Notes: generated by a model not told the origin, from the sequence alone. Numbered from the stretch's first letter, positions 36,102 through 47,379 are shown. The stretch is 64,000 nucleotides of DNA from Verrucomicrobiota bacterium (GCA_049510745.1 JBEKYR010000001.1:192001-256000); one strand, 5' to 3'. Translations and numbers: made by a program.

Positions 36102-39100
36102 ATGAAACGTCTTCTTGCCGCTGGCGCCGCCCTATTGCTGCTGGGCTGCGATCTCCATCATAATCGCTCTGAACACGTCGAACTGATTCTCAATCCTTCC
36201 CCGGCTGTTCCCGCCACAACATTTGAACTGCGGTTTGACCAACCGATGGTGGGACCGGACAGAATCGGCCGTCCGGCGGAACCGTCGCCTCTGGTCATCA
36301 AGCCGGCCCTGGGCGGCGTCTTCACCTGGCTCAGCACGCGGAGTGGCACTTTTGTGCCGTCCGATCCCCTAGCGCTGGACCACCGATACAAACTATCACT
36401 GCGGTCCGGCTTGATGGGCGCGGACGGACGCCCCTCTCCGGCCGTCTTGCACGACCGCGTGGAAACGCCGCGGTTCTCGATGGTCGATTCGGCTCCCCGG
36501 CGGAACCAGGCGGATTTGAATTCGGAACAAATCGTGACGCTCGTTTTCAACGCGCCCGTGCGCGCCGCAGATTTGGCGCCGTATCTCGAATTCCGCGACG
36601 CCGGGGGTCAGCACCGGGCGGCTGAAATCCGGCAGGGCACCAACGAAGATATGCCTTGGGACTATCGGCGTTTGGATTTGCCGGCCAATCTCGTTTCCAA
36701 CTTGGTCTTGGCCGCGCCGCAAAAACCATTGCCGGTTGGCCAAGATTGGCGGTTGGTCCTTCGACCCGGTCTCCCCGCCGTCGAGAAGGGATTGCGCTTG
36801 CGCGCCCGCGACGAAATCCAATTGGGCGACGTCCATCCGTTTGTTTTCAAGGAAGCCATCGCGCATCATTTTATCGAAGGCGGCGCTTCAATTGTTCTCC
36901 AGTTTTCAAAGCCGGTTGCGCTGTCCTTGGGCGACAAATGGAACCGTTGGATTCACCTGGAGCCGATCGCATCCAATATCACGGCGGAGGCGGACGGCAA
37001 ATGTCTGACTTTGCAGGGCGATTTTCGAGGTGGAACCTGCTACCAGCTTGCCGTGAAAACCGGATTGCCTGCCGAGGAATCCTTCATCTTGGACGATGCC
37101 GCGTTGACCAACATCATCATGCCCGGCATTCCGCCGCGGCTCTATTTTTCGGCCTTTTCCGCGGATCAACAGGCGGTGGGACGGCGCCAGTTCCCCCTGC
37201 TGGCCGTGAACGTGCCGACCATCCGTCTTCGTGCCAAATTGCTGGAACCTGACGCGGCCATTCACGCTTTGCGCGGCTACGGCAGCTACTTCCGCTCCTG
37301 GCCTGATTATGACACCCACGGCGAGCGTTACCAGCGTGTCGATTATAATTTAATCGCCGGTCGAACGATCTTCGATGAAGAATTGGCCGGCACGCCACAA
37401 TCGGACATGGCCACCAACGTGATGCTGGACTGGGATCGGGTTTTGGGCGGGCGCAAAACCGGGGTCATTTTTGTCGAGGCCGAGCGCGCGGGCGAGCGTT
37501 CTGAATCCAGCCCGCGCCTGGGCACGCAGGCCCTGATGCAATTAACCGATCTCGGCGTGGCCTGGAAATCCGCCGCCGGGGAGTTGGATGCCTTTGTCTT
37601 TTCGCAAAGCACCGGAGAGCCTGCCACCGGCGCGGCCGTCCGATTGTTCGACGACGAGAACCAAGTGCTGCAAGAAGCGCTCACCGACGATCGAGGACTG
37701 GCGCATCTGCAATGCCCGAGCAACGCTCAATGGCTGGGGGCTGCGCTCGGACAGGACTTCCACGCCTTGAAAATCGAGGACCACGGCATCCCGCTTTACG
37801 GGTTCGATCTTCCGCAGTCCTGGGGCGGTGGAACCGCGAGCGCCCGGCCTGTGTTGATTTTCAGTGACCGCCAGTTTTACCGTCCGAATGAAACGCTCCA
37901 TCTCAAGGCGCTGGCGCGAGAATGGACGCGTGATGGTCTGGCTATTCCGTCCGAACTGGCCGGAACGCTGGAATGTTGTGACGCGCGGGGAAAATCGTTC
38001 TTTTCGAACAATGTCCACTTCAGCGGACGCGGTGCCTGCTCGGTCGATGTGCCCCTGCCGGCGGGGCCGTGCGGCGATTATGTCGCGCGCTTGCATCTGG
38101 GAGATTCGGGCGATTCGGTTTACGAGCACGCCTTCCAAGTCCAGGAACTCAAGCCGAACCCATTTGAAGTGACCGTGCAAGCCAAGCCCGAGTATGCAGC
38201 TGGTGACAAAGTGGAGATTCCCATATCGGCCCGTTATTACTTTGGCCAGCCGTTGTCCGCGGCGCGGGTGAAATGGACGTTGGAAGTGGATGAGAGCGGT
38301 TTCAAGCCTGCGGGCTTCGACTCATTCAGTTTTCTTCGAGCTTCGCCTGGATCGCATCTGGCCTTTTCCGGCGAGACGCGCATGTCCAACTCTCCCGTCT
38401 GCGTGATAAAGCCGGTAATGCCGTCGAATAATGCAGCGCCCGGCCCGCGCCGGATGTCGCTTCTAGTCGAGACGACCGACCTTGACCAGCAAACCGTTTC
38501 CAGCAGTGCGGAGTTCACCTGTCACAGCTCGGACTTTTACCTGGGCTTGTGCCAGACTGACTCGGTTTGGACCGCCGGCCAGGAATCGCCTCTGCAAATC
38601 GTCGCCGTCGGGGCCGACGGTCAGCCGTGGCCGCAACCGGTGGCCGCGCACTTGCAACTCCAGCGCGTGGATTGGGAGCCGGTGCGCGTGCAAGGCGCCG
38701 GCAGCACCCTCCGCTATCTCCCTCAATCCGCTTCTTCCAACGTGCTCGATCGCGACATTGAAATCCACGGGCTGACCAACCAGCTCCTGGCCGCCGCCGA
38801 GCCGGGACAATACGCGCTGGAGATTTCTGCCACGGACACACATGGACGCGCGGTGGCCACATCCCTTGAATTCTCCGTCTCCGCGCCCGGCAGCCTGGCT
38901 TGGAATTACCGCGACGAAGTCCGCATGGAACTCCAACCCGACCGTTCCGAATACGCACCCGGAGAAACGGCGCGAGTGCTGGTCAAGGCGCCTTTCAGCG
39001 GCATGGCGTGGGTCACGGTCGAACGCGACAAAGTGCTCCGCTCCTTCTCCGCGCAGTTGGACGGCAACGCGCCCGCGATTGAAATCCCCATCGGGCGTGG

Positions 39101-41528
39101 CGATTTGCCCAATGTTTTTGTCTCGGTCCTTCTGGCGCGCGGTTCCGAAAACTGCCCGAGGGAAGTCAAGGAGCCGGAATACCGCATCGGTTACTGCCAA
39201 CTGCCTGTGCGCAACCCGGCCAGCCGGCTCGCCGTGTCGGTCGTTTGTGCGGCCACGAATTATCTCCCCGCCCAACCAGTGGAGATTACGGTTAATGTCA
39301 ATTATATTTCAAACGCTCCCGTGGCCGGCGCGGAAGTGACCCTGTACGCAGTGGACGAGGGCATCCTCAGCCTGGGCGACCCTGGACTGCCCGATCCGGG
39401 CGCGATCTTTTATGCATCGCGTCCCTTGGAGGTCAGTTCCGCCATTTCCCTGGCGAACCTGCTGCCGGAGGATCTCGAACCGCGCCGGTTGGCCAACAAA
39501 GGTTACTTGGGCGGCGGTGGCGGCCGTTGCAATGTGCGCAAGAACTTCCTCGCCTGCGCGTTTTGGAACGCGACTTTGGTCACCGGCCCGCAAGGGTCGG
39601 TCACCGCCAGATTTCTTGCGCCCGATAGTATGACTCGCTATCGGGTCATGGCGGTCGCGCATTTGGACGACCGTTTCGGCTCTGGACAATCGGCCTTTGA
39701 AGTCAGCAAGCCGTTGCTGATTGAACCGGCCCTGCCGCAGTTCGCCCATGTCGGTGATCAACTCATCGCGCGCGCCGTGATTCACAACCAAAGCCACCAC
39801 TCAGGCGACGTTGTTGTGAAATTGGAACTGGATGACAAGGCGCAGGCCAAGGGCACAGAGAAACAGATTCAAATTGCCGCCGACGGCTCGAAGGTGGCCG
39901 AATTTCCCGTCACCTTCGCCGCCGCCGGGCCGGCGAAATGGATTTGGCGCGCTTGGTTTGCCGATGCGCCGCGCGAATTCACCGACGCCACCGAATGTTC
40001 GCTGGAGGTCGGTTACGTTTCGCCACTCTTGCATGAAACGTTCTGCGATACGGTCGAGGGATTCTCGACCAACTTGTTGGCCAAGGTGAACCCGCAGTTT
40101 CTGGCCGGAACCGGCACCGTGACCATCCGCGTCTCCAACACGCGCCTGAGCGAATTGGGCGAGGCCGTCTCGCAATTGCTGCATTATCCCTACGGCTGCG
40201 TCGAACAAACCGGTTCCAGTATGCTGCCGTGGATTGTATTGAGCGACGCGCCCGCGCTGCGTTCCGTCATGGGATGCCGTTCCAACGAGATCGCGCGCGC
40301 GATCAATTACGGCATTGAGCGGCTCTTTACGATGCAAACGCCCGGCGGCGGCTTGGGATACTGGCCGCACGCGCGCGAACCGATGCTCTGGGCCAGCGCG
40401 TATGGGGCCATGGTGTTGTCACTGGCCCAACAGCGCGGCTGGACGCTGCCCGAACCGGAATTCGACAATCTGCTTTCTGGTCTGAGCGCGCAACTGCGTG
40501 AACCGGGCGGCGGCGCAAGTTCGCTTTCCGACACCTGCCTGGCCCTTTACGCCCTGGCCCTGGCCGGGCGGGCAGAACCGGGTTACCACGAGAAAATCTT
40601 CTCCCGGCGCGGCGAGCTTTCGGCCGAGGACCGGGCGCTGTTGGCGCTGGCCATTCTGCAAGCCAACGGCCCGCCGAAAATGGCCAGGGAATTATTGACA
40701 ACAAACCAAACTTCCCGCCGCGCGGAGCCAGACGACTTCGATTGCCTGTCGCGCGAACAGGCCATCCTCCTCCTGGCCTGGATTCGATTGCAACCCGAAA
40801 GCCGGGAAGTGACATCCGGATTCGACGCGCTCATGCGCGAACAGCGCGAAGCCCATTGGGGCACGACCCAGGGCGACGCCTGGGCGCTGCTGGCTTTGAC
40901 GGAATACTCGCGCCGCGTCGAGGGCTCTCCCCAGTCCGCCGCCGGAGAACTGCGCTGGCGCGGCAAGGCCATTCCCTTCCAGCTTGACGCACGGACGTCT
41001 ACATTCGACAAGACATTCGATTTGACAGGAAATGCGGATTCGTCTCCTGCCATCCTGAATTCCTCGTTGCACCGCCTCTACGCCTCCGCCGCCTTCGAAA
41101 TCCGTCCGCCCGGCCCCGTGCAACCCCGACAAGACGAAGGCTTCGGACTACAGCGGAGCTATCAGCGTTTGGATGGGTATAACCAGCCTTGCTCGGGCGC
41201 ACTGACCGTCGGCGACCGCGTTTTGGTCACGCTCGAATTGTCGGCGCGGGAGGCGGCCCGATACATTGTAGTTGATGATTCGTTGCCGGCTATTCTGGAA
41301 CCAATTGGGGTCGGCGAGGAGCGGAACCGGATGTGGAGTTTTCATGAATTCCGCAAAGATCGCGCCTTGTTCTTCGCCAACGATTTGCCTGCCGGAAACT
41401 ACACGGTGCGCTATTGCGCTCGCGTGCGCGCGGCGGGCCAGGTCGGCGCTCCTTCGGGCAAGGTGGAGGAAATGTATCATCCGCAACGTTTCGGATTGAC
41501 CGGGACGCAAACCCTCGAGGGAAAATGA
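36102..41528 (+). CDS. Bacterial alpha-2-macroglobulin lipoprotein
   Basis: Lipobox LLLGC, DRQFYRPNE (MG2), AVDEGIL, PDSMTRYR, intact thioester motif YPYGCVEQT, EEMYHP. Confidence 0.93.
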   Translation: MKRLLAAGAALLLLGCDLHHNRSEHVELILNPSPAVPATTFELRFDQPMVGPDRIGRPAEPSPLVIKPALGGVFTWLSTRSGTFVPSDPLALDHRYKLSLRSGLMGADGRPSPAVLHDRVETPRFSMVDSAPRRNQADLNSEQIVTLVFNAPVRAADLAPYLEFRDAGGQHRAAEIRQGTNEDMPWDYRRLDLPANLVSNLVLAAPQKPLPVGQDWRLVLRPGLPAVEKGLRLRARDEIQLGDVHPFVFKEAIAHHFIEGGASIVLQFSKPVALSLGDKWNRWIHLEPIASNITAEADGKCLTLQGDFRGGTCYQLAVKTGLPAEESFILDDAALTNIIMPGIPPRLYFSAFSADQQAVGRRQFPLLAVNVPTIRLRAKLLEPDAAIHALRGYGSYFRSWPDYDTHGERYQRVDYNLIAGRTIFDEELAGTPQSDMATNVMLDWDRVLGGRKTGVIFVEAERAGERSESSPRLGTQALMQLTDLGVAWKSAAGELDAFVFSQSTGEPATGAAVRLFDDENQVLQEALTDDRGLAHLQCPSNAQWLGAALGQDFHALKIEDHGIPLYGFDLPQSWGGGTASARPVLIFSDRQFYRPNETLHLKALAREWTRDGLAIPSELAGTLECCDARGKSFFSNNVHFSGRGACSVDVPLPAGPCGDYVARLHLGDSGDSVYEHAFQVQELKPNPFEVTVQAKPEYAAGDKVEIPISARYYFGQPLSAARVKWTLEVDESGFKPAGFDSFSFLRASPGSHLAFSGETRMSNSPVCVIKPVMPSNNAAPGPRRMSLLVETTDLDQQTVSSSAEFTCHSSDFYLGLCQTDSVWTAGQESPLQIVAVGADGQPWPQPVAAHLQLQRVDWEPVRVQGAGSTLRYLPQSASSNVLDRDIEIHGLTNQLLAAAEPGQYALEISATDTHGRAVATSLEFSVSAPGSLAWNYRDEVRMELQPDRSEYAPGETARVLVKAPFSGMAWVTVERDKVLRSFSAQLDGNAPAIEIPIGRGDLPNVFVSVLLARGSENCPREVKEPEYRIGYCQLPVRNPASRLAVSVVCAATNYLPAQPVEITVNVNYISNAPVAGAEVTLYAVDEGILSLGDPGLPDPGAIFYASRPLEVSSAISLANLLPEDLEPRRLANKGYLGGGGGRCNVRKNFLACAFWNATLVTGPQGSVTARFLAPDSMTRYRVMAVAHLDDRFGSGQSAFEVSKPLLIEPALPQFAHVGDQLIARAVIHNQSHHSGDVVVKLELDDKAQAKGTEKQIQIAADGSKVAEFPVTFAAAGPAKWIWRAWFADAPREFTDATECSLEVGYVSPLLHETFCDTVEGFSTNLLAKVNPQFLAGTGTVTIRVSNTRLSELGEAVSQLLHYPYGCVEQTGSSMLPWIVLSDAPALRSVMGCRSNEIARAINYGIERLFTMQTPGGGLGYWPHAREPMLWASAYGAMVLSLAQQRGWTLPEPEFDNLLSGLSAQLREPGGGASSLSDTCLALYALALAGRAEPGYHEKIFSRRGELSAEDRALLALAILQANGPPKMARELLTTNQTSRRAEPDDFDCLSREQAILLLAWIRLQPESREVTSGFDALMREQREAHWGTTQGDAWALLALTEYSRRVEGSPQSAAGELRWRGKAIPFQLDARTSTFDKTFDLTGNADSSPAILNSSLHRLYASAAFEIRPPGPVQPRQDEGFGLQRSYQRLDGYNQPCSGALTVGDRVLVTLELSAREAARYIVVDDSLPAILEPIGVGEERNRMWSFHEFRKDRALFFANDLPAGNYTVRYCARVRAAGQVGAPSGKVEEMYHPQRFGLTGTQTLEGK

Positions 41529-43765
41529 AAAGACGGCGATTCTTCGTTGGGCTGGGCGTGATGATATTGGTGATCCTGAGCGGGCCGATCCTGGTCTCCT
41601 TCGTGCCCTTACCGCCGGCCTTGTTCACCCCTCCCCGTCCAGCCGTCGAGTTGTTGGACCGGAACGGAGAGCCACTGCGCCTGACCCGCGACGGCGACCG
41701 CCCTTTTCAGCAATATGCTGGGCTGTCGGAAATGCCCCAGGCGCTGGTCAGTGCAACGCTGGCGGCCGAGGACAGCCGGTTTTGGAGTCATCATGGCGTG
41801 GATTGGCGGGCGGACTTGCGCGCCGGTTGGCAATTGATTTGGAACCGGCGCATCATCTCAGGAGCTTCGACCATCACGCAGCAGTTGATCAAGTTAAGCG
41901 CGCCGCGGCCGCGGACGTTCAAGGCCAAAATCATCGAGACAGCGCAGGCGTTGCGCCTGGAGCAAATCTGGGACAAGCAGCGGATTTTGACCGAGTACCT
42001 GAATCGGGTTGATTACGGCAACTACAACTGCGGCTGTGTGGCGGCGGCCCAATTCTACTTCGCCAAACCGCCGCGCGATTTGAGCACGGCCGAGTGCGCG
42101 TTGCTGGCCGGATTGCCGCAGTCCCCATCGCGATTGAATCCGCGCACGCATTTCGCCCGCGCCCTTCGCCGACAAGTTTGGATTCTGACGCGCATGAACA
42201 AGGAGGGTTGGCTGGCCGCTGATGAATTCCAACGGGCTTTGCAGGAGCCGCTACGCCTGGCTCATGGCGGCCGCGTCTTCGAGGCACCCCATTTTGTGGA
42301 TTTGCTGTTAGAACAGGGAGGCGTGGCGGCGGGCAATTCCAGCGTCCGCACCACGCTGGACCTGCGTCTCAATCGCTTCGCCGGGCAAATCCTGCGTCGG
42401 CAGCTTGGCGCGTTGCAGGCCGAACACGCCGGCGAGGGCGCCATTGTGGTCATCGAAAATCAAACCGGCAACCTGCTCGCCCTGGTTGGATCGCGCGATT
42501 ATTTTTCGGCGCAGTCCGGGCAAGTCGATGGCGCCTTGGCGCCACGCTCAACCGGATCGGCGTTGAAACCGTTCCTGTACTGGCTGGCGTTCGAACGGGG
42601 CGCGACGCCCGCCTCCATCGTGCCCGATGTTCCAACGGATTTTGCCACCAGCACCGGCTTGTTCTCGCCTGTCAACTATGATCGCCATTGTTACGGCCCC
42701 GTGCGCTATCGCGTGGCCCTGGCCAATTCGCTCAACATTTCGGCGGTGAAGATTCTTGATTCGTTGGGTGGAGCGGGGCCGCTGCTTGATTTGCTGCGGC
42801 GCTGCCGTCTCTCCACGCTGACCCGTGCGGACAACAACTATGGACTCGGTCTTGCCATCGGCAACGCGGAAGCGCGCCTGCTCGAACTGGCCAATGCCTA
42901 CGCCAGCCTGGCCCGTTTGGGCGTCTGTCGGCCGTACCGCCTACTGCCATCCGCAGACAGCCAGAACGCCGGCGAGCGCGTTGGCGACGCTGACGCCGCA
43001 TGGCTGATCGCCGACATTCTGAGTGACAATGACGCCCGTGCGGCCGCTTTCGGCCCGGAATCCTCATTGCGTTTTGATTTTCCAGTGGCCTGCAAAACGG
43101 GCACCAGTTCGAATTTCCGGGACAATTGGGCCTTTGGTTACACGCCGGAATTCACCGTGGGAATTTGGGTGGGGAATTTTGACGGCTCGCCCATGCGGCA
43201 CATCTCCGGCGTCACAGGCGCGGCGCCCATTCTGCACGATCTCTTCGATTATCTGCATTCCCAATACGGCACAACTTGGTATGCCCGCCCCGCAGACATC
43301 GTGGAACGTAGGATCGATCCTCTCAGAGGCAATCTCTCCTCCAAACAAGATGCTGTCAGCGAAAGATTCATGGCCACTGTCCTGCCACCTGCAAACAGGG
43401 CCGACGACTACGACGACGCTGGGTGTGTCCGCCTTGGCCCGGAATATCGGCAATGGCTGGCCAGCGCGGACAATTGGCTGGCTGGCCGGGCCGTCTTGCG
43501 CGAAACTGGGCAAGACCTGCGCGTCACATTCCCGTTGCCCGGCACCATTCTCTTTCTCGACCCTGACCTTCCGGACCACGGTCGCCGGCTCTATCTGACC
43601 AGCCAGGGGACGGACGAGGCCGAGTGGTCCAGCGATTCTCTGGAGTGCCTCCGGCAAGGCGATCGGAGTCTGGCCCTCCTGGCATTGGGCCAGCACGAAT
43701 TGACCGTGCGCGACCCGCGCACCGGCGCCACGCGGCAAACCTGGATCGAAGTCAAAGAACGGTGA
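41525..43765 (+). CDS. pbpC: Penicillin-binding protein 1C
   Basis: AEDSRFWSHHGVD, GASTITQQL, SALK (SxxK), SLN, KTGTS; coupled to alpha-2-macroglobulin. Confidence 0.93.
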   Translation: MKRRRFFVGLGVMILVILSGPILVSFVPLPPALFTPPRPAVELLDRNGEPLRLTRDGDRPFQQYAGLSEMPQALVSATLAAEDSRFWSHHGVDWRADLRAGWQLIWNRRIISGASTITQQLIKLSAPRPRTFKAKIIETAQALRLEQIWDKQRILTEYLNRVDYGNYNCGCVAAAQFYFAKPPRDLSTAECALLAGLPQSPSRLNPRTHFARALRRQVWILTRMNKEGWLAADEFQRALQEPLRLAHGGRVFEAPHFVDLLLEQGGVAAGNSSVRTTLDLRLNRFAGQILRRQLGALQAEHAGEGAIVVIENQTGNLLALVGSRDYFSAQSGQVDGALAPRSTGSALKPFLYWLAFERGATPASIVPDVPTDFATSTGLFSPVNYDRHCYGPVRYRVALANSLNISAVKILDSLGGAGPLLDLLRRCRLSTLTRADNNYGLGLAIGNAEARLLELANAYASLARLGVCRPYRLLPSADSQNAGERVGDADAAWLIADILSDNDARAAAFGPESSLRFDFPVACKTGTSSNFRDNWAFGYTPEFTVGIWVGNFDGSPMRHISGVTGAAPILHDLFDYLHSQYGTTWYARPADIVERRIDPLRGNLSSKQDAVSERFMATVLPPANRADDYDDAGCVRLGPEYRQWLASADNWLAGRAVLRETGQDLRVTFPLPGTILFLDPDLPDHGRRLYLTSQGTDEAEWSSDSLECLRQGDRSLALLALGQHELTVRDPRTGATRQTWIEVKER

Positions 43766-43901
43766 TGTCCGCCAACTCCGTGATTGGCACGGTAATTACG
43801 TCTAATGTCCCGATGGCCCATCGCTCGGAATCGCTTGGAGCAGCCCTCGACAGTTTTATCGCCTTCGATAGAACTCCTCAAATAGGCATTTGGCTTAATG
43901 T

Positions 43902-44675
43902 ATGACTCCTGAACAACACGCACGTCGCTTGGTCACTGAAAAGTGCCTCATTGCAACGGATGTCGACCAAACAATTTTGGCCCAGACGAAAGATCGCCTG
44001 GAAGAAAGGCTTACTTTCTTCAGACAGTTGGCGCCTCAACTTGTGGAAGCCGCCCGGCTCGGAGGACACGTTGGTTTTATCACCGGAAACAGCATGCATG
44101 AGTTGTGCTCGCGTTTTCTCGACTTATTGGTGGAGCCCCTTTGCTACACGGGGGATTTGAAGGTGATTTCTCGCTTCCATTTTTTCTGCAATTCCAGGGG
44201 AATCTATTTCCATTTTCCAAGCACAGTTGTTGACCAGGCAATCCAACGCACGGCTGAACACCCAGGACGGCTCCGAAACAATTTCTGGCACGCCATAACA
44301 ATTTCCAAAGGGAGTGAATTGCATGTCCATTCTCAGTTTGTTGACTCTGGCTATGTTACTCGATCGCTCATTCCCAGCAGTGATTCTACAATGATCGATT
44401 CTGTTTTGCGAAAAGTCGCTCAAAGCTACGTGCAAGATCTGAACTCTAGACGCCAGGACTATGAGCAGAAGTACGATCTCGCATGGGTGCTCGAGAAAAA
44501 CGGCAGCATAACGGAACCGAAGGTGGAATTGCGCTCCGCCACGTATCGATGCGCTTCATCAGAAGAGATTGCGACGGTTCAGATTACCGTGATGGTCGGG
44601 TGCGGTGCGGGCGCATCTCACTGTTTGGACTCGTGCCCTCGCGATGAGTGGCCAGCCTCCATCCGCCGAGGATAA
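43902..44675 (+). pseudogene. HAD-superfamily protein, probably truncated
   Basis: Motif I ATDVDQT and motif II ITGNS present; motifs III/IV not seen; visibly more AT-rich than flanks. Confidence 0.45.
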
Positions 44676-44994
44676 ATGACGAATTTCAATGGCCTAATGA
44701 TAACTTGGTGTCCCAAGACGCGGTTGGCGTTGGAAACAATATCGCTGGCGGCGGAATCGAAGCCGAGGAGCGGCGTCTGATAACGATACCAATCGCCCAA
44801 TCAATTTACTGGAACCCGGCCTATCCCTCATATACGATGATCGTCATATTGCGGCGTCGGCCTCTAATCGTGAGACTTCACCCGGCAGTTGACGCCACAA
44901 TGCGCCTTCCGGCGGCCATGATCCACCGGCTCCGTACCGGCGGTCGGCGTTTTTTGTTGCGCGGCGCCGGTAACGGCACTTGTATCGTCTCGAA

Positions 44995-47340
44995 ATGAAA
45001 ATCTGCACCCACCGACTGGTTTGTTCTGTAATTCTCATGGTTTGCTCCGGTGTGGGGTCTGCCGCCGAGCCTCAATTCACCGGAAACGCAGCCGCGCCCC
45101 GCGAACCTCTGAGCCTGTGGTACCGCCAACCGGCGGCCAAATGGGTGGAGGCGCTTCCTCTCGGCAACGGACGAATCGGCGCGATGGTTTTTGGCGGAAT
45201 CACCCGCGAGCGGCTCCAGTTGAATGAGGACACACTCTGGGCCGGGGGACCTTACGACCCGGTCAACCCTGAAGCCAAGGCGGCCCTTCCCGAAGCGCGC
45301 CAGTTGGTGTTCGAAGGCAAATACCGTGAAGCCGCCAAGCTCATCAGCAGGCGGGTGATCTCCAAACCCGCAGGCCAGATGCCCTACGAACCGGTGGGCG
45401 ATTTGATTCTCACGTTTCCCGACACGCCCTCCGTCGAGAATTACCGGCGCGACCTCAACCTGGACACAGCCATGGCGACCGTTGAGTATATCGACCGGGG
45501 GACTCGATTCCTGCGGCAGGTCTTTGCCAGCCCAGCGGATCAGGTCATCGTTGTCCGTCTGACTGCCGACCAAAAGGGCGCGATCTCATTTACCGCCGAA
45601 TTGGAAACGCCCCAAAGAGCTGCGATTGAAACGGAATCGGGCAACACTCTGGTGATGCGTGGCGTCAATGGGGATTCGCAGGGAATTCGCGGCGCGCTCA
45701 AATTTCAGGCGCGCGTCCGGGTGCTGGTCGATGGCGGAACCATCAGTGCCGCTTCCAATGCGGTCGCTGTCGCCAAGGCGGATTCAGCCATCCTTCTTAT
45801 CGCGGCGGCAACGAGCTGCCGAAATTACCAGGACGTGAGCGGTGATCCGGAAGCCATTGTCAAAAGCCAAATCGCGGCTGCTGAATCCAGGCGCTTTGAT
45901 GCGTTGCTCGCGCGGCACATCCAGGAACATCAGCGGCTCTTTCACCGTGTGTCCCTCGATCTGGGCGCTACCGATGCCGTCAAGTTGCCGACCGATGAGC
46001 GCATCCGGAATTTCCGGAACGGCAACGATCCGCAGTTTGCGGCGCTGTACTTTCAGTTCGGGCGCTACTTGCTGATCAGCTCTTCGCGTCCCGGAGGTCA
46101 GGCGGCAAATCTGCAGGGCCTCTGGAATGAAAGCATGAATCCGCCGTGGCAAAGCAAATACACCATCAACATCAACACGGAGATGAACTATTGGCCGGCC
46201 GAGCCGTGCAACCTTGCCGAATGCACAGAGCCGCTCATTGCGATGGTGAAGGATCTTTCTCAGACCGGCGCGCGAACCGCCGGGGAGATGTATGGCGCGC
46301 GCGGCTGGGTTGCCCACCACAATACGGACCTCTGGCGGGCAACCGGCCCCATCGACGGCCCGGAGTGGGGCATGTGGCCGATGGGCGGCGCATGGCTTTG
46401 CGATCACCTCTGGGATCATTACGAATTCAGTGGTGACAAGGAATATCTCAAGGAGGTGTATCCCATTATGCGCGGCGCGGCGCAATTCTTCCTCGATACT
46501 CTTCTCGAGGAGCCCACACACAAATGGCTTGTCACCAATCCGTCCATTTCCCCGGAGAACCAGCATCCGTTTGGATCTGCCGTTTGCGCGGGGCCGGCCC
46601 TGGACTCCGAGATTCTCCGGGACTTGTTTTCGCATTGCATTGACGCGTCCAGAATTCTGGATACCGACGCGGAATTCAGGAAGCAGTTGGAGCAGACCCG
46701 GGCACGCCTTGCCCCGCTTCAAATCGGGAAGAAAGGGCAGTTGCAGGAGTGGCTTGAGGACTGGGATGCGCAGGCGCCGGAGCAACAACACCGCCATATT
46801 TCCCATCTGTATGCGCTCTATCCGGGCGCGCAGATTACGCCTCGTGGCACGCCGGAGCTGGCCGATGCTGCCAAAGTCACTCTCAACACGCGCGGCGACA
46901 TCACGACCGGCTGGGCAATCGCCTGGCGCATCAACTGTTGGACCCGACTCCATGATGGCGACCGCGCGTACAGCATTCTCAATCACCTGTTCGATCCGAC
47001 GCGGACGTATCCGAACCTGTTCGATGCGCACCCGCCGTTTCAGATTGACGGCAACTTTGGCGGCGCCTCCGCGATAGCCGAAATGCTGCTGCAGAGTCAC
47101 ACCGGCGAAATCGAACTGCTGCCCGCACTGCCCAGCGTCTGGGCCGCCGGCCGCGTCTCAGGCTTGCGCGCACGTGGCGGCTTCGAAATTGAAATTGCTT
47201 GGGACGGCGGCAAGCTGGCCAGTGTCAAAATCCGATCGGTGGGAGGACGCAACGCAGTCGTCCGATATGGCAGCCGCACGGCAAAAATCGAACTGAAAAA
47301 TGGCGAGGGAGTTCAACTCAACTCCGAACTTCGACCTTGA
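44995..47340 (+). CDS. GH95 alpha-L-fucosidase/alpha-L-galactosidase
   Basis: ALPLGNGRIG, LNEDTLW, FQFGRYLL, NINTEMNYW, HRHISHL, FQIDGNFG. Confidence 0.95.
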   Translation: MKICTHRLVCSVILMVCSGVGSAAEPQFTGNAAAPREPLSLWYRQPAAKWVEALPLGNGRIGAMVFGGITRERLQLNEDTLWAGGPYDPVNPEAKAALPEARQLVFEGKYREAAKLISRRVISKPAGQMPYEPVGDLILTFPDTPSVENYRRDLNLDTAMATVEYIDRGTRFLRQVFASPADQVIVVRLTADQKGAISFTAELETPQRAAIETESGNTLVMRGVNGDSQGIRGALKFQARVRVLVDGGTISAASNAVAVAKADSAILLIAAATSCRNYQDVSGDPEAIVKSQIAAAESRRFDALLARHIQEHQRLFHRVSLDLGATDAVKLPTDERIRNFRNGNDPQFAALYFQFGRYLLISSSRPGGQAANLQGLWNESMNPPWQSKYTININTEMNYWPAEPCNLAECTEPLIAMVKDLSQTGARTAGEMYGARGWVAHHNTDLWRATGPIDGPEWGMWPMGGAWLCDHLWDHYEFSGDKEYLKEVYPIMRGAAQFFLDTLLEEPTHKWLVTNPSISPENQHPFGSAVCAGPALDSEILRDLFSHCIDASRILDTDAEFRKQLEQTRARLAPLQIGKKGQLQEWLEDWDAQAPEQQHRHISHLYALYPGAQITPRGTPELADAAKVTLNTRGDITTGWAIAWRINCWTRLHDGDRAYSILNHLFDPTRTYPNLFDAHPPFQIDGNFGGASAIAEMLLQSHTGEIELLPALPSVWAAGRVSGLRARGGFEIEIAWDGGKLASVKIRSVGGRNAVVRYGSRTAKIELKNGEGVQLNSELRP

Positions 47341-47347
47341 AAACTTT

Positions 47348-47379
47348 CAAGCCTCCGGCTCTGCCGGAGGTCGCTGACT
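47348..47379. repeat. Palindrome resembling an IS200/IS605 end or REP
   Basis: CAAG-CCTCCGGC-TCT-GCCGGAGG-TCGCTGACT. Confidence 0.5.

Noticed and set aside
35869..36105. Short ORFs between pafA and alpha-2-macroglobulin
   Set aside because: No recognisable motif or coupling; treated as intergenic
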